DNA from: Enoplolaimus lenunculus
Lineage: Eukaryota
NCBI GenBank assembly: GCA_030248215.1
Contig: JASANG010000266.1
Coordinates: 186,001 to 250,000, forward strand
Reading direction: 5' to 3'
Length of the DNA: 64,000 nt
Both the position numbers and the translations under genes were made by a program. This document shows, piece by piece, positions 25,501 through 35,231 of the stretch. Within the stretch, counting starts at the first letter, position 1. Every line of letters begins with the position of its first letter. The notes beneath the pieces are model-generated. The model had not been told where the DNA came from, ran no database searches, and worked only from the letters and a program-made list of their open reading frames with translations.

Positions 25501-26895
25501 TTAAATGCCAGAGTCATGAAACATTTTTCTGAGTAACTATTTTTTAACCTGCAGAAACGTAGTTTGATGCAAATAAATTTACTATAATTTTTCAATTTGA
25601 GCCTCAAATAGCAGTGGGGCTGTGTTTTGGGAGCGCTTCACTCCCATTAAGGGTTACTGAGACACCGGATATAATCCGCTAAAGCTGTCGCAGACATCGT
25701 GTATGAATCATCAATGTCGTGTTCTCGATACTAAACTACGCACTGTTTCAAGCTGTAGAAAATAATTTTTGGAACACTAGAGATAATAGGTTTAATATGC
25801 GTCGAATTTGTGGAATGGGTAAGGTTCTAATTTTTGCGGCTTCTTCTAAACCATTGTTGAGTTTAAGAGAATGACTTTTATAAGAACGGATTTTAAAATT
25901 GCCGCCTTTCTATTTTGTCTTGTTCTCATTTATTTTGTTATTGCGTTGAATATTCAGTTTTGGAATATTCTACCATTAAATATTCTGATCTCGCACAGTT
26001 TTGGGCGTTATAGCTGGTATAAATAACACGACAAACTTAATTCTGAACTCAGCAGTGCAACTCAATTGTGAGTTTTCTAAAGAAGAACTCAGAAGTTATT
26101 AAATTTGACTCAAAGTTGATTTGTCGTGTTGACTAAGTTCTGAGTTTAAATTTTGACACAGTTTTCTGAGTCGATACAACTCAAATTGAAATGGGTCTTT
26201 TTCGTATATTTTGAGTTAAAGAAACTCATGCTGAGTTCGAATTGACTCGGACAAATTTACAGTGCTCTTATTGCTTCACATTTTGAGGTGGAAGCCAACC
26301 GCCCCACCAGCCGCCAGCGCGGCGAGTAAATTTTCTGCTGTATTGTATTAACGCTGTCGAAAAGAGTTTCACACATCTAAAGTAAAGATCTCCGAAAGAA
26401 GAAAGGCCCTCCATACACATTACCCCTTTGTTGCGACGATGGCGACAGATTGTGGTATTTACCGGGTCTTGTACACTTTCCCTAACATCAAAGGCTTATG
26501 CTTTAGGTTTAGAAAAAGACATTAAACGGTGAAGTTTAGCTTATTAAGCATATATTTATAAATGTGGAGGGAAGTGGCCGCGAGCCTTGGACCAACATCA
26601 CTATTTACACCAATAAATTCCATTTAAACCAGAATAGACAATAAAACTCACCTCTTGCTATCGATTTAAACTTCTCTTCAGCTTTAGGGTCAGAATTTTT
26701 GTCTGGATGATACTGCAATGCAAGCGAACGAAATGCTCGATTAATTTGTTTCGTTGTGGCGTTACGTTTTACGCCAAGTGTTTTATAATAGTCTGGTACT
26801 TTGTATGTTGGTGATCCAAAACCGGGATGCAAAAACATTCCCAAGAAGTAGGTTACTATGAACCACAGTATATTAAATGTGTAACTCAATATCAT
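16571..26895 (-). CDS. DNAJB9: DNAJB9/ERdj4-like ER J-domain co-chaperone, 4 exons (26895-26652, 25279-25071, 17544-17049, 16644-16571), ~340 aa
   Basis: Hydrophobic N-terminal signal; J domain DYYKTLGV...[10 protein letters not shown]...[22 protein letters not shown]; aromatic/acidic motifs ([18 protein letters not shown]); last exon [23 protein letters not shown] resembles the two-Cys DNAJB9 C-terminus. Exon lengths 244+209+496+74=1023 nt with compatible phases (1,0,1) and GT-AG ends. Exons 1-2 are firm; joining to exons 3-4 is inferred. Confidence 0.8.
18182..18853. mobile_element. hAT-type non-autonomous element
   Basis: TIR CAGAGTTGGA...TCCAACTCTG, perfect 8-bp TSD CCCTTGAC, subterminal ACCCGC repeats. 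Confidence 0.9.
19973..21567 (+). CDS. Single-pass membrane protein with tandem EGF-like repeats and cytoplasmic PPSY motif (exons 19967/19973-20596 and 21307-21567; possible upstream signal exon 19027-19125)
   Basis: Cys-rich ORF with five C-x-NG-like...CxC...G-x-x-C units. Donor ATG|GTGAGT at 20596 joins in phase 0 to TTTCAG|TTG at 21307, giving a TM helix [26 protein letters not shown] followed by RK and a tail containing [11 protein letters not shown]. Confidence 0.85.
20693..21130 (+). mobile_element. MITE with ~23-bp TIR flanked by TA (possibly Tc1/mariner-type) in the EGF-gene intron
   Basis: TA-CTGTAGCGATCCGAATAAGAGGG ... CCCTCTTATTCGGGTCACTACAG-TA; two further partial copies at 15.0 and 15.8 kb. 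Confidence 0.85.
23138..23931. mobile_element. Element with long (~130 bp) imperfect TIRs, carrying a nested CACTG element
   Basis: GGGACCCGAGGTCTTTTCCGTTA...CTCCCCTGATAATTCCA...AAATTTGAATTTTTGAA is mirrored by TTCAAAAATTCAAATTTGG...GGAATGATCAGGGGAG...TAACGGAAACGACTCGGTTCCC. A related arm lies at ~22440-22560. Confidence 0.7.
23488..23736 (+). mobile_element. CACTG-ended MITE (CMC/EnSpm-like) rich in AACTCA/TGAGTT motifs
   Basis: TIR CACTGTAAATTT...AAATTTACAGTG; relatives at 28745-28996 (inverted), ~26040-26264 and ~22700-22875. Confidence 0.8.
24266..24792. mobile_element. TIR element containing a GC-rich 20-bp minisatellite (CGCCGTCCGTCACCGTTCGG)n
   Basis: About 9 near-perfect 20-bp units at ~24340-24520; reverse-complement units at 24700-24770; ends GGCTTGCGCTATA...TATAGCGCAACCG. 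Related fragments at ~10280-10375, ~22950-23040 and ~57760-57845. Confidence 0.85.
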
Positions 26896-28424
26896 TGTGA
26901 ATTAATAATTATTCTGAAAATTTGCTGCGTGTCTAGTTAAAATTTTTACTAATATTTAGGTTGTCCTAAAGATGGATTTATTTATATACGTACAAATGCG
27001 TACTTCAAGATAATAACTTTGCGAAAATTGCTTTATTTTGGTTGTCAGCGAATAGGGAATAAAATATTAATCAGAAACATTTCAAAGTTTCAATTATGAA
27101 GAAACGTTAACCCTGAGTTCTGCATGTGCAAAAAGTTGTGTCCATATCCAGCAGCTGAATGTACATGCTCAGCAAACAGATACACACCAAGGTACAACCG
27201 GAAGTCGGGCTTCGGAGTCGGCAGAAAATCGACCTCTGCTTGCGGCTACGGTAGAATTTCTACCTAGCAACTTCGGCAGTGATATTTTTATAGTTTTACG
27301 AGCAATAAATTGTCGGGACATCTTAAAAAATAAACCTAATACCAAAATTTTTGATAACACTTTTCCGATATTTGCTAAAAGCAAATGAAACATTGTTTTG
27401 ACTTACCTTAAATTTCGCTTCACATGTGCTGTGGAACGGTTGATTGATCTCTGGCTGGTATTTTTCACCTCCGGTGAACACGTAAAGTGTAAAAATCCAC
27501 GTCAACAACTAAAACTGTAAAAAATACTGAAGTACTAGTTATGTAGATACAATAAACAATCGTCGTCTACTTTGGCTGCAACAATTCTACGAATCGGGCG
27601 TTCACAGTTTAAGTATCGAAATTCAACTTTTAATAAACATAGCAAGCCCTGATAATAGTCAGGTGCTATTTAGTTTATATTTTCATATGGAAAAACACAG
27701 TTTTCATGAATTACGGAGAACAGAGGTAATTTTCCATACTTTAAAACGAACTCCATAATATATACCCAGAAGCCCAGTTAAATTATAGTAAACAAGTTTT
27801 CAAGAATTAAATGTTCTAATTAGAAGCATTCAATTTCGAACGCGTTTCTAAGCCAGACTGTGCAGAAGGCTATAATTTTTCAAAGTTTTTTAGTTGTGGT
27901 ATGATTTGGATAGTTTAATGGCATCCCTGCTGTTTTCAAACCAATACTTGAACTGCATTCGACCTAGCAAGTTTGTTTCATCTGAATAGTAACTCAACAG
28001 AATGTCTTTGGTCACCGCTAGACCTCTATTATAAAGTTCGTGAAATTCCACAGGTGCAATAGCTAGCTTTAACTGCCTATGAAGCATTGATGTGTTAATC
28101 CACGGAAGCGAAATCTACTTTCGATGGTTTTTATTTTTGGCGATTGTCAAGGTTTATATACTGTGCAAATGAAATCTAGTTAATTTTTATCGTCATTTTG
28201 TAGCTAAATATCTTAATTAAAACCGACCAGATTTTAATACCGGAAACCGGAAGGTGAAAAAATGCCGGAACCGAATTCCGGTTGCACCCTGATATATATA
28301 AATATATAGCGTTTTCGCCAGTCGAACTTTTTTATGAAAATTGATTTTACCCACCTTTTTATTCTCGCTTTGCATATGCGAGTCCTCGGGAAGCATTATA
28401 GTTATAGATGCTGTTAAGGTAGGG

Positions 28425-28678
28425 CAGGGTTCCAACCGGAACTAGATTTTGTCGGAAGCGGAATCGGAATCAAATTTTTCTGTCAGAACCGGGATCGGAA
28501 GAATAACTGCTATTGAACAAAAGAAAACGAAACAAGCAAAATCTAAGTTCAATCATCTTAAAAACTCATAACCTAAAAATCAGAATTCCGGCATCGGAAC
28601 AGCAGTCAGCCGGAATCGGAATCGGAAGTCAAATTTTGCCGGAATTTTAGCCGGAATCGGAATTCCGATGGAACCCTG
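28425..28678. mobile_element. hAT-type MITE
   Basis: TIR CAGGGTTCCA...TGGAACCCTG; TSD AGGTAGGG/AGGTATGG (7/8); CGGAAT subterminal repeats. Confidence 0.85.
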
Positions 28679-28744
28679 AGGTATGGTATTTCAATATTAT
28701 CCAGGTTTAGCAATGATTTTTGTTGTATAACTTCAGAGATAGTA

Positions 28745-28996
28745 TACTGTAAATTCCAGTGAGTTAATTTTCACTCAGAATGAGTTGAATCACTCAGTCT
28801 GAGTTAGGACTACGAGACCTCACAATTCTGAATTGACTCAGCTCATTTTGATTCAATTAATCAACTCCCACGGAATCAACTCAACTCACAGTGAGAATCA
28901 AGTCAACTCAGAGTTAGTTAAAGTTTACTGTTATTAACTCAGAAATAACTAATTTTCCGTCTGAGTTGATTAATTAACTAATTGGATTTTACAGTG
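28745..28996 (-). mobile_element. Inverted copy of the CACTG-ended MITE
   Basis: Reverse-complement similarity to 23488-23736; ends TACTGTAAA...TTTACAGTG. Confidence 0.8.
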
Positions 28997-29447
28997 ATAG
29001 GGACAGTACATCATTTCGCTGCATATGCAGAAATTTGAGATATCGTTGCTTTTTATTGCAAAATTCTACTTTGGATTATGAAACTTTTCTTTACTATTTA
29101 TAACATGTATTCCTTTAAAGATAACCGAAAGCGAAAACTGAAATCATCACCCGAAAGCGGTGATAAAAAATCAAAAGCTGTAAAAAACAAAGTAAAGTTA
29201 AATGTTTTGTGTCATTACCCGTAAGTATAACGGCTGCATTGAATTAGCCCATGTACCGTAATTACTCGATGGCAGGCTTCCTTTGCGGGAAACCATAGAA
29301 AGCGTCTTGTATTTTAAGCGACCAAAATTTTTGTCTAATTTTAATGTTTTTAAAACGTTCGTTGAATCAAATCGAATGAGGTCAGCGAAAGGAAAGCCCC
29401 CTTACAGGGTAGAAGGATGCTTACTTTTGTACTGCCTACCAGGGCTC

Positions 29448-29766
29448 CAGGGTGCAACCGGAATTCCCGTTCCGGTAGGGAAATCCGGTATTCTTACTAT
29501 CCGGTTCCGGTAAGAAATTCGGTATTTTTTCATCGGAAGTTTCCGATATTTTCGGTATTGAGAAATTTTTCTCATTCAAAAATTTAAGAAAAAATGTCAT
29601 ATCATTGTAACTTTATTTATCTAAAATTGTCTGAGCGTGCATTGCCAAATGTGCCATAATCCATAATTAATCATATGTTTCCACCTACTGTATTTGTTTC
29701 AGGATTTTGGATTCTAAGTGGTTAACTTTCCGGTTCTGGAATTTTCTGATTCCGGTTGCCAACCCT
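29448..29766. mobile_element. hAT-type MITE (CAGGGTGCAACCGG family)
   Basis: CAGGGTGCAACCGGAAT...ATTCCGGTTGCCAACCCTG; flanks CAGGGCTC/CAAGGTTC (6/8). Confidence 0.7.
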
Positions 29767-30103
29767 GCAAGGTTCCAACAGGAACTGTATTTCACGGGAA
29801 GCAGGAACATGAATTCATTCTTTCGAAGGAACAAGCACAGGAACCGGAACATAAATTGCGAATACACTGCATAACCAAATTACTGCAGAGTATAGTGCAA
29901 AATAGTTTTATCACCCTCTATACCAGTCGTAGTTTGACTACATGTATTCAGCGCCGGATTAATGGGGGGCGGGCAAGGGCTCGGGCCTCCCACCAACCGA
30001 AAATAGACGATATGTTTCAATGGGATAACAAGCAATCAAAAAATTTTCCGCGGACCACGAATTTTATGGCCAATGTATAGCACAGGGGCTTCCAGTTTTC
30101 CAC

Positions 30104-32030
30104 GGTTGGTAGGGAAATCTGAAGCATAGGTTTTGGTTGGAAAACGGTAAAAGGGCAAAAGCGTAAAATTCAAGCGTAGGGCATAGGTTTTGGTTGGAAA
30201 ACGGGAAAAGTGGAAAATTTTAATGCCTAGATTTTACGCTGGGTTGGTAGGGAAATCTGAAGCACAGGTTTTGGTTGGAAAACGGGAAAAGTGGAAAATT
30301 CTAATGCCTAGATTTTTACCCTGGGTTGGTAGGGAAAACCTGAAGCAAAGGTTTCGGTTGGAAAACGGGAAAAGTGGAAAATTCAAGCGTAAGGCATAGG
30401 TTTTGGTTGGAAAACGGGAAAAGTGGAAAATTATAATGCTTAGATTTACCCTGGCTTGGTAGGGAAAATCTGAAGTATAGATTTTGGTTGGAAAACGGGA
30501 AAAGTGGAAAATTTAAAGGCCTAGATACATTCTTGGTTAGTAAGAGAAATCTAAAGCGATGGTTGGAAAACGGGAAAAGTGGAAAATTCCAATGCCTAGA
30601 TTTTTATCCTGGGTTGGTAGGGAAAACCTGAAGCAAAAGTTTCGGTTGGAAAACGGGAAAAGTGGAAAATTCTAATGCCGAGATTTTTTCGCTGGGTTGG
30701 TAGGGAAAACCTGAAGCAAAGGTTTCGGTTGGAAAACGGGAAAAGTGGAAAATTCAAGCGTCAGGCATAGGTTTTGGTTGGAAAACGGGAAAAGCGGAAA
30801 ATTTTAATGCTTAGATTTACCTTAGGTTGGTAGGGAAAATATGAAGCATAGGTTTTGGTTGGAAAATGGGAAAAGTGGAAATTTTAAAGGCCTAGATTTA
30901 CCTTAGGTTGGTAGGGAAAATCTGAAAAATAGGTTTTGGTTGGAAAACGGGAAAACTTAAAAATTTAAAGGCCTAGATTTACCTTAGGTTGGTAGGGAAA
31001 ATCTGAAGCATAGGTTTTGGTTGGAAAACGGGAAAAGTGGAAAATTTAAAGGCCTAGATTTACCTTAGAGTGGTAGGGAAAATCTGAAGCATAGGTTTTG
31101 GCTGGAAAACGGGAAAATTTAAAGGCCTAGATTTACCTTAGGTTGGTAGGGAAAATCTGAAGCATAGGTTTTGGTTGGAAAACGGGAAAAGTGGAAAATT
31201 TAAAGGCCTAGATTTACCTTCGGTTGGTAGGGAAAATCTGAAGCATAGGTTTTGGTTGGAAAATGGGAAAATTTAAAGACCTAGGTTTACCTTAGGTTGG
31301 TAGGGAAAATCTGAAGCATAGGTTTTGGTTGGAAAACGGGAAAAGTGGAAAATTTTAATGCATAGACTTACCCTGGCTTGGTAAAGAAAATCTGAAGCAT
31401 AGGTTTTGGTTGAAAACGGGAAAAGTGGAAAATTTAAAGGCCTAGATTCACCTTAGGTTGGTAGGAAAAACATGAAGCATAGGTTTTGGTTGGAAAACGG
31501 GAAAAGTGGAAAATTTAAAGGTCTAGATTTACCTTAGGTTGGTAGGGAAAATCTGAAGCATAGGTTTTGGTTGGAAAAGGGGAAAAGTGGAAAATTTAAA
31601 GGCCTAGATTTACCTTAGGTTGATACGGAAAATCTGAAGCATAGGTTTTGGTTGGAAAACGGGAAAAGTGGAAAATTTAAAGGTCTAGATTTACCTTAGG
31701 TTGGTAGGGAAAATCTGAAGCATAGGTTTTGGTTGGAAAACGGGAAAAGTGGAAAATTTAAAGGCCTAGGTTTACCTTAGGTTGGTAGGGAAAATATGAA
31801 GCATAAGTTTTTGGTGAAAAATGGGAAAAGTGGAAAATTTAAAGGCCTAGATTTACCTTAGGTTGTTAGGGAAAATATGAAACATAGGTTTTGGTTGGAA
31901 AATGGGAAAAGTGGAAAATTTAAAGGCCTAGATTTACCTTAGGTTGGTAGGGAAAATATGAAGCATAAGTGTTTGTTGAAAAATGGGAAAAGTGGAAAAT
32001 TTAAACGCCTAGATTTACCCTGGGTTGGAA
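30104..32030 (+). repeat. 81-bp tandem satellite array, roughly 24 units
   Basis: Unit GGTTGGTAGGGAAAATCTGAAGCATAGGTTTTGGTTGGAAAACGGGAAAAGTGGAAAATTTAAAGGCCTAGATTTACCTTA; period 81 (e.g. starts at 31141 and 31222). Confidence 0.95.
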
Positions 32031-32546
32031 GTCAGCGACGACCAAATTTGATATATTTCTGTTTCCTCGGCTTTCCGGCCATAGCCAGCAACGTCTTTAA
32101 AACAAATTAAAACTTTTTTACAACCTTAAGGCGTCACTCAAAGCGTCAACTTTGTTAAGAGACTTATGTTCTGATACTGGGCCACTCGGTGGTATCTTGT
32201 TTTGACCAATCTTGTGCTGGGACTATCATAATCTGATATATTTAATAGTCGTGTATTATTTCGGGTAAATGCTCTGCTCATTTAGGTTTAACTGTGTAAA
32301 GTAGATTTTGTTCATTGCACTGTTCCACTCCGCGGTTTCTTGTTTTGACCAGTGTCGAAATATATTGCCTGTTAGTTTGTAGGATGCAACCGGAGGTGAA
32401 AAATGCCCGATCCGGAGCCGGAAGTGAACAAAAGTAGCCGGAACCGGAGATGATGCCGCAGGTGAGGTGAAATCAGGTCGTTGAAATGATATTTAACTTG
32501 TTAATTTTAGCAAATATCTGCTATGTGTTGTTAAATCGTTCCATTG

Positions 32547-33330
32547 GAATTTTCTACTTTTCCCATTTTCCAAACAAAACCTATGCTTTAGATTTTCCTT
32601 TCCAACCAAGGGGGAATCTAGACGTAGAAATTTTCCACTTTTCCCGTTTTAAACACAAAACCAATGCTTCAGAATTTTCCTACCAACCCAGGGTAAATTT
32701 AGGCGTTTAAATTTTCCAATTTTCCCGTTTTCCAACCAAAACCTATGCTGCAGATTTTCCCTACCAACCAAGGGAAAATCTAGGCGTCTAAATTTTCCAC
32801 TTTTCCGTTTTCCAACCAAAACCTATGCTTCAAATTTTTCCTACCAACCCAGGAATAATGTAAGCTTTTAAAATTTCCACTTTTCCCGTTTTCCAAACAA
32901 ACTTTTACACTACAGATTTTCCCTACCAACCAAGGGAAAATCAAGGCGTTCAAATTTTCCACTTTCCCCGTTTTCCAACCAAAACCTATGCTTCAAATTT
33001 TCCCTACCAACCCAGGAATAATGTAAGCTTATAAAATTTCCACGTTTCCCGTTTTCCAAACAAACTTTTACACTACAGATTTTCCTACCAACCAAGGGAA
33101 AATCAAAGCGTTTAAATTTTCCACTTTTCTCGTTTTCCAACCAAAACCTATGCTTCAAATTTTCCCTACAAACCCAGGAATAATGTAAGCTTTTAAATTT
33201 TCCACTTTTCCCGTTTTCCAAACAAACTTTACACTACAGATTTTCCCTACCGAACCAGGGAATATGCAGGCTTATGAATTTTCCACTTTTCCACAGCAAA
33301 ACCTATGCCCGCGATTTTTCCTACCAACCA
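32547..33330 (-). repeat. Inverted array of the same 81-bp satellite, ~9-10 units, partly an alternating A/B dimer
   Basis: TTTTCCACTTTTCCCGTTTTCCAACCAAAACCTATGCTTCA...TTTTCCCTACCAACC is the reverse complement of the left-hand unit. Confidence 0.93.
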
Positions 33331-34424
33331 GTGAAAAATCAGGTCGTCATACAGGAGTGGCTGCGATGCACTCCTGGTCGTAAGTTTTCCACCCTGGAAA
33401 AGTGGATGCCCCTGATCTATACTTGGGCCAATTTTATTGGGGACCACTCTGAGACCTGTTCAAGGCGGCCGACTATTATTTTTACGCCGGCCCTGCCACT
33501 ACGTGATTTTTGGGGAATACTAATTGCGTTCTTCGGCCCGGTTTTAAACAAGTGTGTACAAAATAATTTTCCAAACGTTGAGAAAGTTCTTTGGATTTAT
33601 TTTATTTCAAGTTTGGGATATGGCAGTTAAGCCTATGCCGCCTATGTTTTGCGATCCCAAACTTCTGTAGTGCAATGGAAAGTTGCGCAGTAAGATTAGC
33701 TGTATTTAGGACATGAACTTAGCTCTCGACTGCCTTTGGATTTGGAATCCTTATTCGTCATCTCTGGACTATTTTTACTGTTTTGTTAAGCAGACAGGCA
33801 ACATCGAACCGACTGCAAGCCGGCCTGGGGGACCACGGATGAACTACACTGCTACAAGTTTCGGGGCCAGTAGACTCGTATTCTCGCACATTCCTGCTTC
33901 TGGACAAAACCTCTGACCACAGATGTAGGCTGATTCCTTCACATCACGGTGGCAAGGAAATATAGTTACGTTTAAAGTTCTGCAACTGATATTACATTGA
34001 TATTCTGAAACAAATTATTTAAGTGTGAAATTTACAACATGCAAGATTCGGATTCGTATTCGGCAAATTAGCGATGTATTTGGGTTCGGATTTGGTCAAC
34101 CGTGGATTTGGTGCCTCCATATTTCACATAACAGATCTAATCAAAAAGAAATAGTGCGTTACAAGAATTTTTTTGTACAATAGCGTGGTCTAAAAAATAA
34201 GAGAAAACCCGGACCCGCACGGTCCATTCTTCGACCTTAGGAAATTTTTTGACTTCGGTGGAATCATAATTGACTTCTCTAAATGCAAATCTAGAAAAGT
34301 GCCTGGACTGAAAATATAGTTTCGTACTTCTGATACAATTTATTTCATTAAAATATCTTCCCTTAAGTTCTGGCGTATAAAATAATTATGGTTAATAACA
34401 GAACCTGCTTGTCATATGGCCCCC

Positions 34425-35203
34425 TTAATCTTGCGTTGCATGTGCTGAGCGAAGTTCGAACACACTTAAGCAATTAAACTAATATCGGAATAAGTTATTA
34501 GCTAACTATCCATTTATCGGTTTTACAGGTTTGTGAACAATTTTTTCAGATCCCTCGCACCCAAAAATCCTTCAGTAACCGAAAAAGTAGTGAAATATTG
34601 CAAAAAGCCCTAATTTAGGATTGTCAAATATGCTAATATGCCAATTAGCTATTATCTAACTATTAAATTATCGGTTTTGAAGGTTTGTAGACAATTTATT
34701 CAAAATCCTCGTACCCAAAAATTGTTTATTGCTGAAATTAGATTGCTTGTAACCCTAATAAATAGTGAACAAAAAGTCCTAATTGGGCTTATCAAAAATG
34801 CTAATATGCAAATTTGCTATTAGCTAACTATTCAATTTTCGGTTTTAAACGTTTGTAGACAATTAATTTAGATTTTTCGCACCCAAATACCTTTCATTGT
34901 TGAAATTAGACTGCTTGTAACCCTAATAATTAGTGAAATATCTTAAAAAGTCCTAATTTAGGTTTAACCAATTATGCAAATTTGCCTGTAGCTCATAAAC
35001 GGCTTGAAACTTTAAAACACCAACGCGAGGTTTAACACCCCAGGATAACAGGCTTTCATACATAGAAAGTTTATCAAAATCGGTTCAGCGGTTCTTGAAA
35101 TTCATTTCGGATGGACGGACATCCACCTTTCGACCCCCGAGCACAAAATATAAAACGCTTAGCAAAACTCCGAGCTTCGCTAGCAGTTTCGCTTCGCTTA
35201 ATA
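34425..35203 (-). mobile_element. Helentron/DINE-1-like non-autonomous element with ~150-180-bp internal tandem repeats
   Basis: Minus-strand 5' end TATTAAGCGAAGCGAAACT...GCGAAGCTCGG, GTCCGTCC motif, core AACCGCTGAACCGATTTTGATAAACT, three internal repeats (34500-34980), complementary subterminal motif TGAGCGAAG at ~34446. Second copy at 52711. The family assignment is by resemblance only. Confidence 0.65.
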
Positions 35204-35231
35204 CCGTAAACTGTAAAATTGCATAAAATTT

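Noticed and set aside
30104..33330. CRISPR-like array
   Set aside because: Units are contiguous tandem copies with no unique spacers, there are no cas genes, and the context is eukaryotic.
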